DNA of 64,000 nucleotides from an uncultured Candidatus Rokubacteria bacterium (GTDB lineage: Bacteria; Methylomirabilota; Methylomirabilia; Rokubacteriales; CSP1-6). This document shows, one piece after another, positions 18,992 to 27,506 of this stretch. Position numbers and translations under genes: made by a program. The stretch lies in NCBI GenBank assembly GCA_963762145.1, contig CAVXJS010000021.1, forward strand, positions 32,001 through 96,000, in the 5' to 3' direction. The stretch's first letter is position 1, and each line of letters opens with the position of its first letter. The notes under the pieces are model-generated. The model worked only from the letters and a program-made list of their open reading frames with translations. It searched no databases and was not told the origin of the DNA.

Positions 18992-19721
18992 CGTGCGCGA
19001 CGTCCGGAAGAGCTTCGACGGCTTCCAGGCGGTGGGCGGCGTGTCCTTCACGGTGCCGAAGGGCTCGATCAGCGCCATCATCGGACCGAACGGGGCGGGC
19101 AAGACCACGCTGTTCAACTTGATCACCGGGCACCTCGAGCCCGACGGCGGGCGCGTGGTCTTCAAGGAGCGCGACGTCACCGGGATCGCGCCGCACGATC
19201 TCTGCCGGCTCGGCATGGGCCGGTCGTTCCAGCGCACCAACATCTTCCCGCGCCTGACCGTGTACGAGAACGTCCAGGCCGCCTTCGTGTGCCACCGTGG
19301 GCGCGGCTGGAACCTGTTCACCCCGGTGGAGCGCCTCTACCGCCCGGAGACGGAGGCCCTCCTGGAAGCGGTCGGACTCCTCGACAAGGCCCAGGAGACG
19401 TCGGGCTTCCTCTCGCACGGCAACCAGAAGCAGCTCGAGCTCGGCATCACGCTGGCGCTGGAGCCGGAGATCCTCCTGCTCGACGAGCCCACCGCGGGAA
19501 TGTCCGCCACCGAGACGCGCGAATCCATCCGGCTGATCGAGCGCATCGCGGCCGACCGGGGGCTGACCCTGCTCTTCACCGAGCACGATATGGAGGTGGT
19601 GTTCTCCATCGCGCATCGGATCACGGTGCTCCACCAGGGCCGGGTGATCGCGGACGGCACGCCCGCGGAGGTGCGGAGCGACCCCGAGGTGCGGCGCGTC
19701 TACCTGGGGGAGAGCCGGTGA
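18984..19721 (+). CDS. livG: ABC ATPase (LivG-like)
   Basis: GPNGAGKTT, LSHG, LLLDEPTAG, EHDM. Confidence 0.9.
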   Translation: MLDVRDVRKSFDGFQAVGGVSFTVPKGSISAIIGPNGAGKTTLFNLITGHLEPDGGRVVFKERDVTGIAPHDLCRLGMGRSFQRTNIFPRLTVYENVQAAFVCHRGRGWNLFTPVERLYRPETEALLEAVGLLDKAQETSGFLSHGNQKQLELGITLALEPEILLLDEPTAGMSATETRESIRLIERIAADRGLTLLFTEHDMEVVFSIAHRITVLHQGRVIADGTPAEVRSDPEVRRVYLGESR

Positions 19722-20434
19722 CGGCGGCGCCGGAGCGAGTGCTCGCGGTCGAGGACGTCTACACCGCCTACGGGCTGTCGCAGGTGCTCTTCGGCGTGTC
19801 GCTGCAGGTCGCCCGCGGCGAGTGCGTCTGCCTGCTCGGGCGTAATGGGGTCGGCAAGACCACCACCATGCGCAGCATCATCGGCCTCACCCCGCCGCGG
19901 CGCGGCCGCGTGGTGTGGAAGGGGCGCGACGTCACCGGCCGGGCGCCCTACCAGATCGCCCGCGCGGGTATCGGCTTCATCCCGGAGGACCGGCGCATCT
20001 TCGCGGACCTCACGGTCTGGGAGAATCTCGACGTGGCCAGCCGCGGCACCGCGTCGGGCGGCTGGACGGTGGAGCGGGTATTCGACCTCTTCCCCAAGCT
20101 GCGCGAGCTGGTGGACCGCCAGGGCGGCTTCCTCTCGGGGGGCGAGCAGCAGATGCTCACGATCGCCCGCACCCTGATGGGTAACCCGGAGCTGCTGCTT
20201 CTCGACGAGCCATCGGAGGGCCTGGCCCCGCTGGTGGTCGAGCACCTCAAGGAGCAGATCGCGCGGCTCAAGCGCGAGGGCCTCACCATCCTCCTCGCGG
20301 AGCAGAACGTGGGATTCTCGCTCGACCTCGCCGACCGGGTCTACGTGCTCGAGAAGGGCCACGTCCGCTTCGAGGGCACCGCGCGCGAATTCCGGAACAA
20401 CGACACGATCCGCCAGCAGTACCTGGCGCTGTAG
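19718..20434 (+). CDS. livF: ABC ATPase (LivF-like)
   Basis: GTG 19718; GRNGVGKTT, LSGGEQQM, DEPSEGLAP, EQN. Confidence 0.9.
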   Translation: MTAAPERVLAVEDVYTAYGLSQVLFGVSLQVARGECVCLLGRNGVGKTTTMRSIIGLTPPRRGRVVWKGRDVTGRAPYQIARAGIGFIPEDRRIFADLTVWENLDVASRGTASGGWTVERVFDLFPKLRELVDRQGGFLSGGEQQMLTIARTLMGNPELLLLDEPSEGLAPLVVEHLKEQIARLKREGLTILLAEQNVGFSLDLADRVYVLEKGHVRFEGTAREFRNNDTIRQQYLAL

Positions 20435-20435
20435 A

Positions 20436-20512
20436 TCGGAGGGGGCCCCTTCTGCAGTCCAGGAAGGGGCCCCCCTCCGAAGAACGAGTTGCGCCGGCGG
20501 AGCCGGCGCTCG
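20436..20512. terminator. GC-rich hairpin(s) between convergent genes, bidirectional terminator or REP
   Basis: TCGGAGGGGGCCCCTTC..GAAGGGGCCCCCCTCCGA, followed by GCGCCGGC-GGA-GCCGGCGC. Confidence 0.65.
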
Positions 20513-20533
20513 AACGAGGCTGGGCGCGAGCTC

Positions 20534-20749
20534 TTAGCGGCGCACCTCGGTCTCCTGGTCCCGCATGAAGCGATCGTACTCCTCCTGCGCGCGCTCCTTC
20601 GAGTAGCCGTACCGCTGCTGGAGCAGGCCGACCATCTGCTCGGCCTTGCCCTCGGCGCGATCCAGCTCATCGTCGGTGATCTTCCCCCACTGCTCCTTCA
20701 CGCGCCCCTTCATCTCTTTCCACTTGCCGGCAAGGATGTCCTTGTTCAT
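20534..20749 (-). CDS. csbD: CsbD family general stress protein
   Basis: 71 aa; GKWKEMKGRVKEQWGKITDDEL..G..EQMVGLLQQRYG; AGGAG RBS. Confidence 0.92.
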   Translation of the reverse strand: MNKDILAGKWKEMKGRVKEQWGKITDDELDRAEGKAEQMVGLLQQRYGYSKERAQEEYDRFMRDQETEVRR

Positions 20750-20800
20750 TCGCGGCTCCTTTTTTGACCGATGTGGAATCGACTGCTACCCACGAAAGAC

Positions 20801-20815
20801 GCAAGGGCCGTGCCG
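20801..20815 (-). promoter_or_regulatory. sigma54-type promoter of csbD
   Basis: CGGCACGGCCCTTGC (GGCACG-N4-TTGC). Confidence 0.65.
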
Positions 20816-20925
20816 CCGCCCGGACGGGGCTTCGCCCGTTCGGTCGCGGCTTTGTCGACGTGGGCGGGCTCCGGGACTTCCCCCGCGTAGCTCTTACGCG
20901 GTAGGAAGGCGTTGCCGCGGCGCGC

Positions 20926-22332
20926 TCAGATCAGGGCGCCCTGCCGTCGCAGCTCGGTCTGCACGTCACCCGGCGGCACATCGCGCACCGCCTTGCCCGC
21001 CCGCGCGGCCAGCGCCGCGCACACGCCCGCGCCCTGACCGGTCGCCATCGCGATCGGCATGACGCGATAGGAGGAGTGCGCCTCGTGGGTGCCCGAGATG
21101 CAGCGCCCCGCCACCGCGAGCCGGTCGAGGCCCTGCGGAAGGAGACAGCGGAGCGGGATGTCGTAGGATTCGCCGTCGGGCAGCCGCATCAGCACGGTGC
21201 CCTTCCCCTTCGGATTGTGGATGTCCAGCGGGTACGTTCCCCGCGCGATGACGTCGTCCGCCTTCCGCGCGCCCAGGATGTCCTCCGCGGTGAGCTGGTA
21301 CTCGCCGGTGATGCGGCGCGTCTCGCGCACTCCGATCGTCACCCCGCTCTGGGCCAGGTACGACCGCTCGAAGCCCGGCACGTACTTGCGCAGGAAGGCC
21401 GCGATCTGCTTCATCTGCCGGCGCGACTGCCACTCGGCCAGCGTGAGGTCCCACACGCTGGTGCCGAGGGCGCCGGTCACCCGGGTGCTGTTGACCGAGA
21501 GCTCTCGCTCGTGCGGCGTGCCGAAGAAGAGGATGTCCTCGCGCGCGAGCGCCAGCTCGCCGGCCGCGCTCGCTTCCCGGACGAGGTCCCAGAGCCCGTG
21601 CACGCCGCGCCACTGGTCGGGGTGCGCCTGCCGGTAGGCCGCGAACGCGTTCCGTTCGAACTCCACCATGCGGAACATCAGGGTCATGGGCTGCACGAGG
21701 CCGTCACCCGAGCGGCCGATCTCGAACGGGGCCCCGGCCAGGGCCGCCACGTCCCCGTCGCCGGTGGCATCCACGATGGCGCGGGCCATGACGACGATCG
21801 GCCCCGACTTCGTCTCGAACACCACGCCGTCGGGCCGGGGCGCGCCGATCACCCCGCTGGCGAAGGCGTAGAGGAGGACGCGCACCCGCGCCTCGTCCAG
21901 GAGATCCAGGGCCACGAGCTTGAAGATCTCGGGGTCGAAGGGCACCACGTAGCCGGTCTGGGGCGACGGCCTGAGGGAGCCGCCCGCGGCCTCCAGCCGA
22001 TCCAGCAGCCGCTTCAGCACGCCGTGGACGACGGGATCCCCCGGACCGTGATCGTGCGGCATCAGCTCCGAGGCGCTACCGGGCTCCGCCCGGCCGCGCT
22101 GGGTGTGGAAGGACATGAGCGGCATCACGAGCGCCGCGGTGGCATTGCCGCCCAGGAAGGCGTGGCGCTCCACCAGGATCACGTCCGCGCCGGCGTCGGC
22201 CGCGCCGATGGCCGCCCCGAGGCCGGCGGGCCCGCCGCCGACCACCAGGACGTCGCACTCCGCGGCGACCGTGGCGGCGCGCGGCGCCAGGGTGATGGTC
22301 GCCGGCTCTCGCGGCCGGACCAGCGGCGGCAT
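20926..22332 (-). CDS. FAD-dependent oxidoreductase (FAD_oxidored family)
   Basis: DVLVVGGGPAG, LGGNAT, DATGDGD, GVRETRRI, YDIP, AGRCISG, RVMP. Confidence 0.88.
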   Translation of the reverse strand: MPPLVRPREPATITLAPRAATVAAECDVLVVGGGPAGLGAAIGAADAGADVILVERHAFLGGNATAALVMPLMSFHTQRGRAEPGSASELMPHDHGPGDPVVHGVLKRLLDRLEAAGGSLRPSPQTGYVVPFDPEIFKLVALDLLDEARVRVLLYAFASGVIGAPRPDGVVFETKSGPIVVMARAIVDATGDGDVAALAGAPFEIGRSGDGLVQPMTLMFRMVEFERNAFAAYRQAHPDQWRGVHGLWDLVREASAAGELALAREDILFFGTPHERELSVNSTRVTGALGTSVWDLTLAEWQSRRQMKQIAAFLRKYVPGFERSYLAQSGVTIGVRETRRITGEYQLTAEDILGARKADDVIARGTYPLDIHNPKGKGTVLMRLPDGESYDIPLRCLLPQGLDRLAVAGRCISGTHEAHSSYRVMPIAMATGQGAGVCAALAARAGKAVRDVPPGDVQTELRRQGALI

Positions 22333-22334
22333 GG

Positions 22335-23501
22335 CTAAGCCGGTCCGCCGACCGCCCCGGTGGCCCGGAGCTTCCTGCCCTCGGTCAGGAGCCGGAGCGC
22401 GATCTCGTTAGTGCGCCGCGCCCGGGCCTGGATTTCCGGCACCCCCTTCTCGAGCCGCGCCTGGAGGTTGCGCCGCAGGTCCCACCACCGGTCGATGTAC
22501 GCGATGAGCTGGCCCGCGTTGACCTGCTTGAGCGGGGGCATGGCGATCTCGAGATCCTCGAGGAAGCCGGCGACCTTGCTCGAGTAGGGCAGCGCCACGA
22601 ACGGGACCCGGTTGAGAGCCGCGAAGATCAGGAAGTGCAACCGCATGCCCACCGCGAAGTCGAAGTGGCTGATGAGCGAAAGGAGCTGGCCCGACGTGTA
22701 CTCGCCCTTCAGCACGGTGGCCTGGTGGGCGTGGGCCATCTTGGAGACGACCGCGTGGCAATGCTGGGTGTCCTTCTGGCGAGGCTCCATCGGGACGAAC
22801 ACCAGGTCGGCGTCGAGCCGGTCCACCATGTAGTCGGCCGCGTTGGCGAGCAGGGCATGGTAGTGGGCCTCATCGATGTCGGGCGCGGCCGAGCCCGGCT
22901 CGCGGACCGAGAGGCCGATCAGCCGCCGGTTCTGGTTCAGACCCTCTCGCTGGAGCGCCTCCGCCGGCAACGGCTCGGGCTCGAGCAGGAAGGCGGGATC
23001 GGCGGTCACCTCGATATCGCGCAGGCCGACTTCCTCGAGGAGCTGCTGGGCGCGCCGCTCGCGCACCGTCACCGCGTCCGCCCGGCTCAGGGTGTCGCGC
23101 ACCAGCGTGCGGGCCGCCGCGTCGTGGAGCGGGCCCGCGCTCACCGCGTAGACGAGCACCGGCACGCTGTGCTCCTGTGCGAGCTCGACCTCCCGGAGAT
23201 ACACCGCGGCGGCGTCGTCGTAGAGGATGCCGCCGCCGCCCAGGATGAAGAGATCGAGCTCGGCGACTTCCGGCCGGACCTCGTCGCGCGAGAGATCGCG
23301 CACCGGGATGCTCTTCTCGACCTTGTGCCGCGCCGCGGTGTCCTTGGCGTCGCGGGAGAACACGGTGATCTCGCAGGGCACCGCGGCGCGCAGCTGCGCC
23401 ACGATGGACTGGAGGATCGCCTCGTCGCCCAGGTTGAGCCCGCCGTACGATCCCGAGATGCCGATCCGGTACACGCGGTCCGCCGCCGCCTGGTTGGCCA
23501 T
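22335..23501 (-). CDS. Polysaccharide pyruvyl transferase family (CsaB/WcaK-like)
   Basis: SGSYGGLNLGDEAIL, GGGGILYD, TVRE, TADPA, GMRLHFLIFA, Y..KV. Confidence 0.88.
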   Translation of the reverse strand: MANQAAADRVYRIGISGSYGGLNLGDEAILQSIVAQLRAAVPCEITVFSRDAKDTAARHKVEKSIPVRDLSRDEVRPEVAELDLFILGGGGILYDDAAAVYLREVELAQEHSVPVLVYAVSAGPLHDAAARTLVRDTLSRADAVTVRERRAQQLLEEVGLRDIEVTADPAFLLEPEPLPAEALQREGLNQNRRLIGLSVREPGSAAPDIDEAHYHALLANAADYMVDRLDADLVFVPMEPRQKDTQHCHAVVSKMAHAHQATVLKGEYTSGQLLSLISHFDFAVGMRLHFLIFAALNRVPFVALPYSSKVAGFLEDLEIAMPPLKQVNAGQLIAYIDRWWDLRRNLQARLEKGVPEIQARARRTNEIALRLLTEGRKLRATGAVGGPA

Positions 23502-23514
23502 GGACCGGACAGGT

Positions 23515-23529
23515 TCAACTCCTGTGCCA
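23515..23529 (-). promoter_or_regulatory. sigma54-like promoter (variant -12)
   Basis: TGGCACAGGAGTTGA, 13 nt before ATG 23501. Confidence 0.45.
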
Positions 23530-23660
23530 CCGAGAACCGCGTGACGGGCCCGGACTTAGCGAAGGAACGCGAAGGAACGATCGCGCCGGTCGGTCGGAAC
23601 TTCCCGGTCGTGCAGGAAGGAACTTCCCGACCTCCAGGGCGAAGTATGCGCCGTGACGCC

Positions 23661-23675
23661 GGGCATGCGCCTTGC
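23661..23675 (+). promoter_or_regulatory. sigma54-type promoter
   Basis: GGGCATGCGCCTTGC (GG-N10-GC), 14 nt before ATG 23690. Confidence 0.55.
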
Positions 23676-23689
23676 TTTCTCTCGTCCAC

Positions 23690-25264
23690 ATGATCGCCAT
23701 GACCCGGCGTCGCTGGATCCTCGCGGCCGTTGCCCTCGTCGTCCTGGCCGGCGTCGCCTCCGTCACCGCGCTCTTCTTCATCGACGAGCCGCTGCGCCGC
23801 TACACGGAAGCGAAGATGAACGCGCGGCTGAAGGGCTACACCGCGACCATCGGCGCGCTCCATTTCAACCCGATCAACTTCTCGCTCGACCTGCGGGACA
23901 CCGTGATCGTCCAGCATGAGCATCCCGACCCGCCGGTGGCGAACATCGGCCGGCTCTACGCGAGCGTGCACTGGCGGGCCCTCCTGGCCGGCCGGGTGGT
24001 CGGCGACATCCTCATCGAGCGGCCGGTGATCGTCCTCGATCTCCCCCAGGCCAAGGAGGAGATCAACGACGCCACCCCGGTGAAGGACAAGGGGTGGCAG
24101 GACGCGCTGCAGGCGATCTATCCCCTCAAGATCAACCAGCTCAAGATCTCGCAGGGCGACGTCACCTACAAGGACCAGGGCCCCTTCAAGCCCTTGCGGG
24201 TCTACGATCTCGAGCTGGAGGCTTCCAATATCCGGAACGTCCACTCCGAAGTGGGGGTCTACCCCTCGCCGATGCGGCTCACCGCGCGGGTATTCGACAA
24301 CGGAGCCATCAGCGCCATCGGATGGGCGGACCTTCTCGCCGAGCCGCACGCCGCGTTCATGACCGACATCAAGCTCGAGAGCATCGAGCTCGACTACCTC
24401 AAGCCCATCACCAACCGTTACAACATGGCGGTGGACAAGGGAACGCTCTCCGCGTACGGCGAGCTCGAGCTCGCGCCCCAGTTCAAGTCGGTGAAGCTGT
24501 GGAACGCCACCGTGGATGGAGTCCGCGTGGACTATCTGCACACGCCGAAGATGGCGGGGGCGGGCAAGGAGGTTGCGCGCCAGACGATGAAGGCGGCCGA
24601 GCGGGCCCAGGACCCGGGCCTCATGTTCCGGGTGGACCGCCTCGACATCGTCAGGAGCAACTTCGGCTTCGTGAACAAGACGGCGAATCCCAGCTATCGC
24701 GTCTTCCTGAACGACACGTCGATGACGCTGACCAATCTGAGCAGCCTGCCCAGCGGCGAGACCTCCCAGGCCAAGCTGACCGGCAAGTTCATGGGCAACG
24801 GGCCGGTCAGCGCCGACTTCAAGCTGCAGCCGACCCGCCCGGGGCCCGACTTCGATCTGGCGATCGAGATCCTGGAGACGGATCTCAAGACGATGAACGA
24901 CCTGCTGCGCGCGCACGGCAACTTCGACGTCACGGCCGGACGCTTCTCGATGTACAGCGAGATCTCGGTCAAGAACCGGCAGATCGCCGGCTACGTGAAG
25001 CCGCTCTTCCAGGACATCACCGTCTACGACGCGCGGCAGGACCGCGACAAGAACGTGCTCCGGAAGGTCTACGAAGGCGTGGTGGGCGGCGTCGCCCGGG
25101 TGCTGCAGAACCGGCCCCGGGAAGAGGTCGCGACCCGCGTCGAGATCTCCGGCCGGCTCGAAAACCCGAACGCGGGCATCGTCGAGACCGTCGTCGGCCT
25201 CGTCCAGAACGCGTTCTTCAAGGCCATCCTGCCCGGATTCGAGGCCGGCCTGCGCCGTCGCTGA
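23690..25264 (+). CDS. DUF748/AsmA-like domain protein
   Basis: N-terminal anchor, repeated beta-rich segments, C-terminal GYVKPLF..VATRVEISG..LVQNAFFKAILPG. Confidence 0.8.
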   Translation: MIAMTRRRWILAAVALVVLAGVASVTALFFIDEPLRRYTEAKMNARLKGYTATIGALHFNPINFSLDLRDTVIVQHEHPDPPVANIGRLYASVHWRALLAGRVVGDILIERPVIVLDLPQAKEEINDATPVKDKGWQDALQAIYPLKINQLKISQGDVTYKDQGPFKPLRVYDLELEASNIRNVHSEVGVYPSPMRLTARVFDNGAISAIGWADLLAEPHAAFMTDIKLESIELDYLKPITNRYNMAVDKGTLSAYGELELAPQFKSVKLWNATVDGVRVDYLHTPKMAGAGKEVARQTMKAAERAQDPGLMFRVDRLDIVRSNFGFVNKTANPSYRVFLNDTSMTLTNLSSLPSGETSQAKLTGKFMGNGPVSADFKLQPTRPGPDFDLAIEILETDLKTMNDLLRAHGNFDVTAGRFSMYSEISVKNRQIAGYVKPLFQDITVYDARQDRDKNVLRKVYEGVVGGVARVLQNRPREEVATRVEISGRLENPNAGIVETVVGLVQNAFFKAILPGFEAGLRRR

Positions 25265-25288
25265 AGGCTCTGTGGTAGTCTCGGGGCC

Positions 25289-25576
25289 ATGGAGTTCAAG
25301 GTCACCTGCCCCTGCTGCGACGGTCGCCTGACGATCGATCCGGTGCTGGAGGCGGTCATCGCGCACGAGCCGGCGCCCCGGGCGAAATCGGGGCTCGGGC
25401 TCGACGACGCCCTCGCCTCGCTGAAGGGCGCGGAGGCGCGCCGGGCCGAGCGGTTCAAGGAAGAGCTCAAGGCACAGGAAAAGAAGCCGCAGGTCCTCGA
25501 CAAGATGTTCAAGGAGGGGATCAAGAAGGCCAAGGACATGCCCGGCCGTCCCCTCAATCCGCTCGATCTCGACTAG
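25289..25576 (+). CDS. Small Zn-ribbon/coiled-coil hypothetical protein
   Basis: 95 aa; VTCPCC..LTID at the N-terminus, helical charged middle, C-terminal NPLDLD. Confidence 0.75.
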   Translation: MEFKVTCPCCDGRLTIDPVLEAVIAHEPAPRAKSGLGLDDALASLKGAEARRAERFKEELKAQEKKPQVLDKMFKEGIKKAKDMPGRPLNPLDLD

Positions 25577-25581
25577 CCACC

Positions 25582-26610
25582 GTGCCCGGAAGCGATCTCA
25601 CCGCCGCGCTCCTCCGGCGGGTCAGTCGATCGTTCTATCTCTCGCTCGCGGTCCTGCCCGGGTCCGTGCGGCCGACCATCGGGCTCGCGTACCTCTTCGC
25701 GCGCGCCTCCGACACCATCGCGGATACGCGGCTCGTTCCCCGGGCCTCGCGCATCGTCCACCTGGAAGCGCTGCGCGCCGCGCTCGCCTCGCCGCCCGAC
25801 CGGGAAGCCCTCGGCGCGCTCGTGGGCGCCACCGCCGCGTCGCAGGCCCTCCCCGCGGAGCGCACGCTCCTCGAGCGGCTGCCCGACTGCCTGGCCGCCT
25901 ACCGCGCCCTGCCGGCCGCCGACCGGGCGCGCGTGCACGCGGTGCTCGACACGATCATCGAGGGGCAGACCCAGGACCTGCGCCTCTTCCCGGGGGAGGA
26001 CGAAGGCAAGCTCGCCGCGCTCGAGACGCGCGAGGACCTCGACCGCTACACGTACCTGGTGGCGGGCTGCGTGGGCGAGTTCTGGACCGAGGTGCACGTG
26101 GCCCATCGGCGCCGCCTCGCCCGCTGGGACCTGCCGCGGATGCGCGCGCTCGGCACGCGCTTCGGCAAGGGCCTGCAGCTCACCAACGTGCTGCGCGACG
26201 TGCCGCGCGATCTGCGCCAGGGCCGCTGCTACCTGCCGCGCCAGGACCTGGCCCGGTGGGGCCTCGAGCCGCACGATCTGCTGGATCCGGGGCGTGCCCC
26301 GGCCGCGCGGCCGCTCCTGCGCGAGTGGCTCAACATCGCGCTCGATCACTACGACGCCGCGTGGCAGTACACCTTCGCGATCCCGCGGCGCGAGGCGCGG
26401 ATGCGGCTGGCCTGCGCGTGGCCGCTGCTGATCGGCCTCCGCACCCTCGACCTGCTCGCCGCCTCGCCCAACTGGCTCGATCCGGCGATCACGCTGAAGG
26501 TTCCCCGCGTGCGCGTCTACGGCCTGATGGCCCACTCGCTCGGCACGGTGTGGTCCACCCGCGCCCTCGGCCGTCAGGCCCGGCGCCTGCGCGAGCGCAT
26601 CCGACCGTGA
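25582..26610 (+). CDS. Squalene/phytoene synthase, single-enzyme SQS (FdfT)-like
   Basis: RVSRSF flap, YLFARASDTIAD, YTYLVAGCVGEFW, GKGLQLTNVLRD..D..GRCYLP. Confidence 0.85.
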   Translation: MPGSDLTAALLRRVSRSFYLSLAVLPGSVRPTIGLAYLFARASDTIADTRLVPRASRIVHLEALRAALASPPDREALGALVGATAASQALPAERTLLERLPDCLAAYRALPAADRARVHAVLDTIIEGQTQDLRLFPGEDEGKLAALETREDLDRYTYLVAGCVGEFWTEVHVAHRRRLARWDLPRMRALGTRFGKGLQLTNVLRDVPRDLRQGRCYLPRQDLARWGLEPHDLLDPGRAPAARPLLREWLNIALDHYDAAWQYTFAIPRREARMRLACAWPLLIGLRTLDLLAASPNWLDPAITLKVPRVRVYGLMAHSLGTVWSTRALGRQARRLRERIRP

Positions 26611-27506
26611 GCCGGACCATCGAGATCATCCAGGCCGACGTCTTCACCGAGCGGCCCTTCGCGGGCAATCCGGCCGCCGCGGTGCTGGACGCCGACGGCC
26701 TCGACGCGCCCGCCATGCAGCGGATCGCGGCCGAGATGCTGGTTCCGGGCACCGCGTTCGTCTCGGCATCCGCGCAGGCGGGCGTGGACTGGCGGCTCCG
26801 CATGTTCACCCCGAAGCGCGAGGTCGGCTACTCCGGCCACACCGCGCTCTGCGGCACGCACGCGCTCGTCGAGAGCGGCCGCCTCGCGGGCGATCGCGTG
26901 ACCTACGAGACGCCGGCGGGACTCCTGCGGGTCGACGTGGAGCGCGGCGCCGCCCGCGCGCGCCTCTGGCTCGAGCCGCCGCTGCCCGCGTGCCGGCCCT
27001 TCGAGGGCGACCTCGGGGAGATCCTGGACGCCCTCGGCCTGGCTCGCGCCGCGGTGGCGGGCTGGGCGCGCCCCGCGGTCACGCCCGACCAGGATCTGCT
27101 CCTCCCGGTGCGCGATCTGGCCGCGCTGCGGGCGCTCGAGCCCGACATGCGGCGCCTGGCCGCGGTGCGCGCGCCGCAGCACGCGCGCGGCGTCTGCGTC
27201 GTCTCGCGCGAGACGGTGGATCCCGGCTCGCGCAGCCACTGTCGCTTCTTCGCCCCGCACTACGGCATCCCGGAGGACATCGTCACCGGGTCGGTCCACT
27301 CCGCCCTCGGGGTCTGGCTGCTCGAGGCGGGCGCGCTGCCGGGCGCCGACGGACGCATCGTCTTCACCGCCGAGCAGGGCGACGGGCTCGGCCGCCCCGG
27401 GCGCCTGCAGGTGGAGCTGGAGGCGAAGGCCGGGCACGCCGCGCGCGTGCGCGTCGGGGGCAGCGCGATCACCGTGCTCACCGGCCGCCTGCGGGCGGAC
27501 GCATGA
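26607..27506 (+). CDS. PhzF family isomerase
   Basis: DVFTERPFAGNPAA, RMFTP..EVGYSGH, RFFAP..GIPEDIVTGS, EQG..LGRPG. Confidence 0.88.
   Translation: MSRTIEIIQADVFTERPFAGNPAAAVLDADGLDAPAMQRIAAEMLVPGTAFVSASAQAGVDWRLRMFTPKREVGYSGHTALCGTHALVESGRLAGDRVTYETPAGLLRVDVERGAARARLWLEPPLPACRPFEGDLGEILDALGLARAAVAGWARPAVTPDQDLLLPVRDLAALRALEPDMRRLAAVRAPQHARGVCVVSRETVDPGSRSHCRFFAPHYGIPEDIVTGSVHSALGVWLLEAGALPGADGRIVFTAEQGDGLGRPGRLQVELEAKAGHAARVRVGGSAITVLTGRLRADA

Noticed and set aside
26607-27506. Phenazine biosynthesis cluster
   Set aside because: Only a PhzF-family gene is present; phzA/B/D/E/G are absent.
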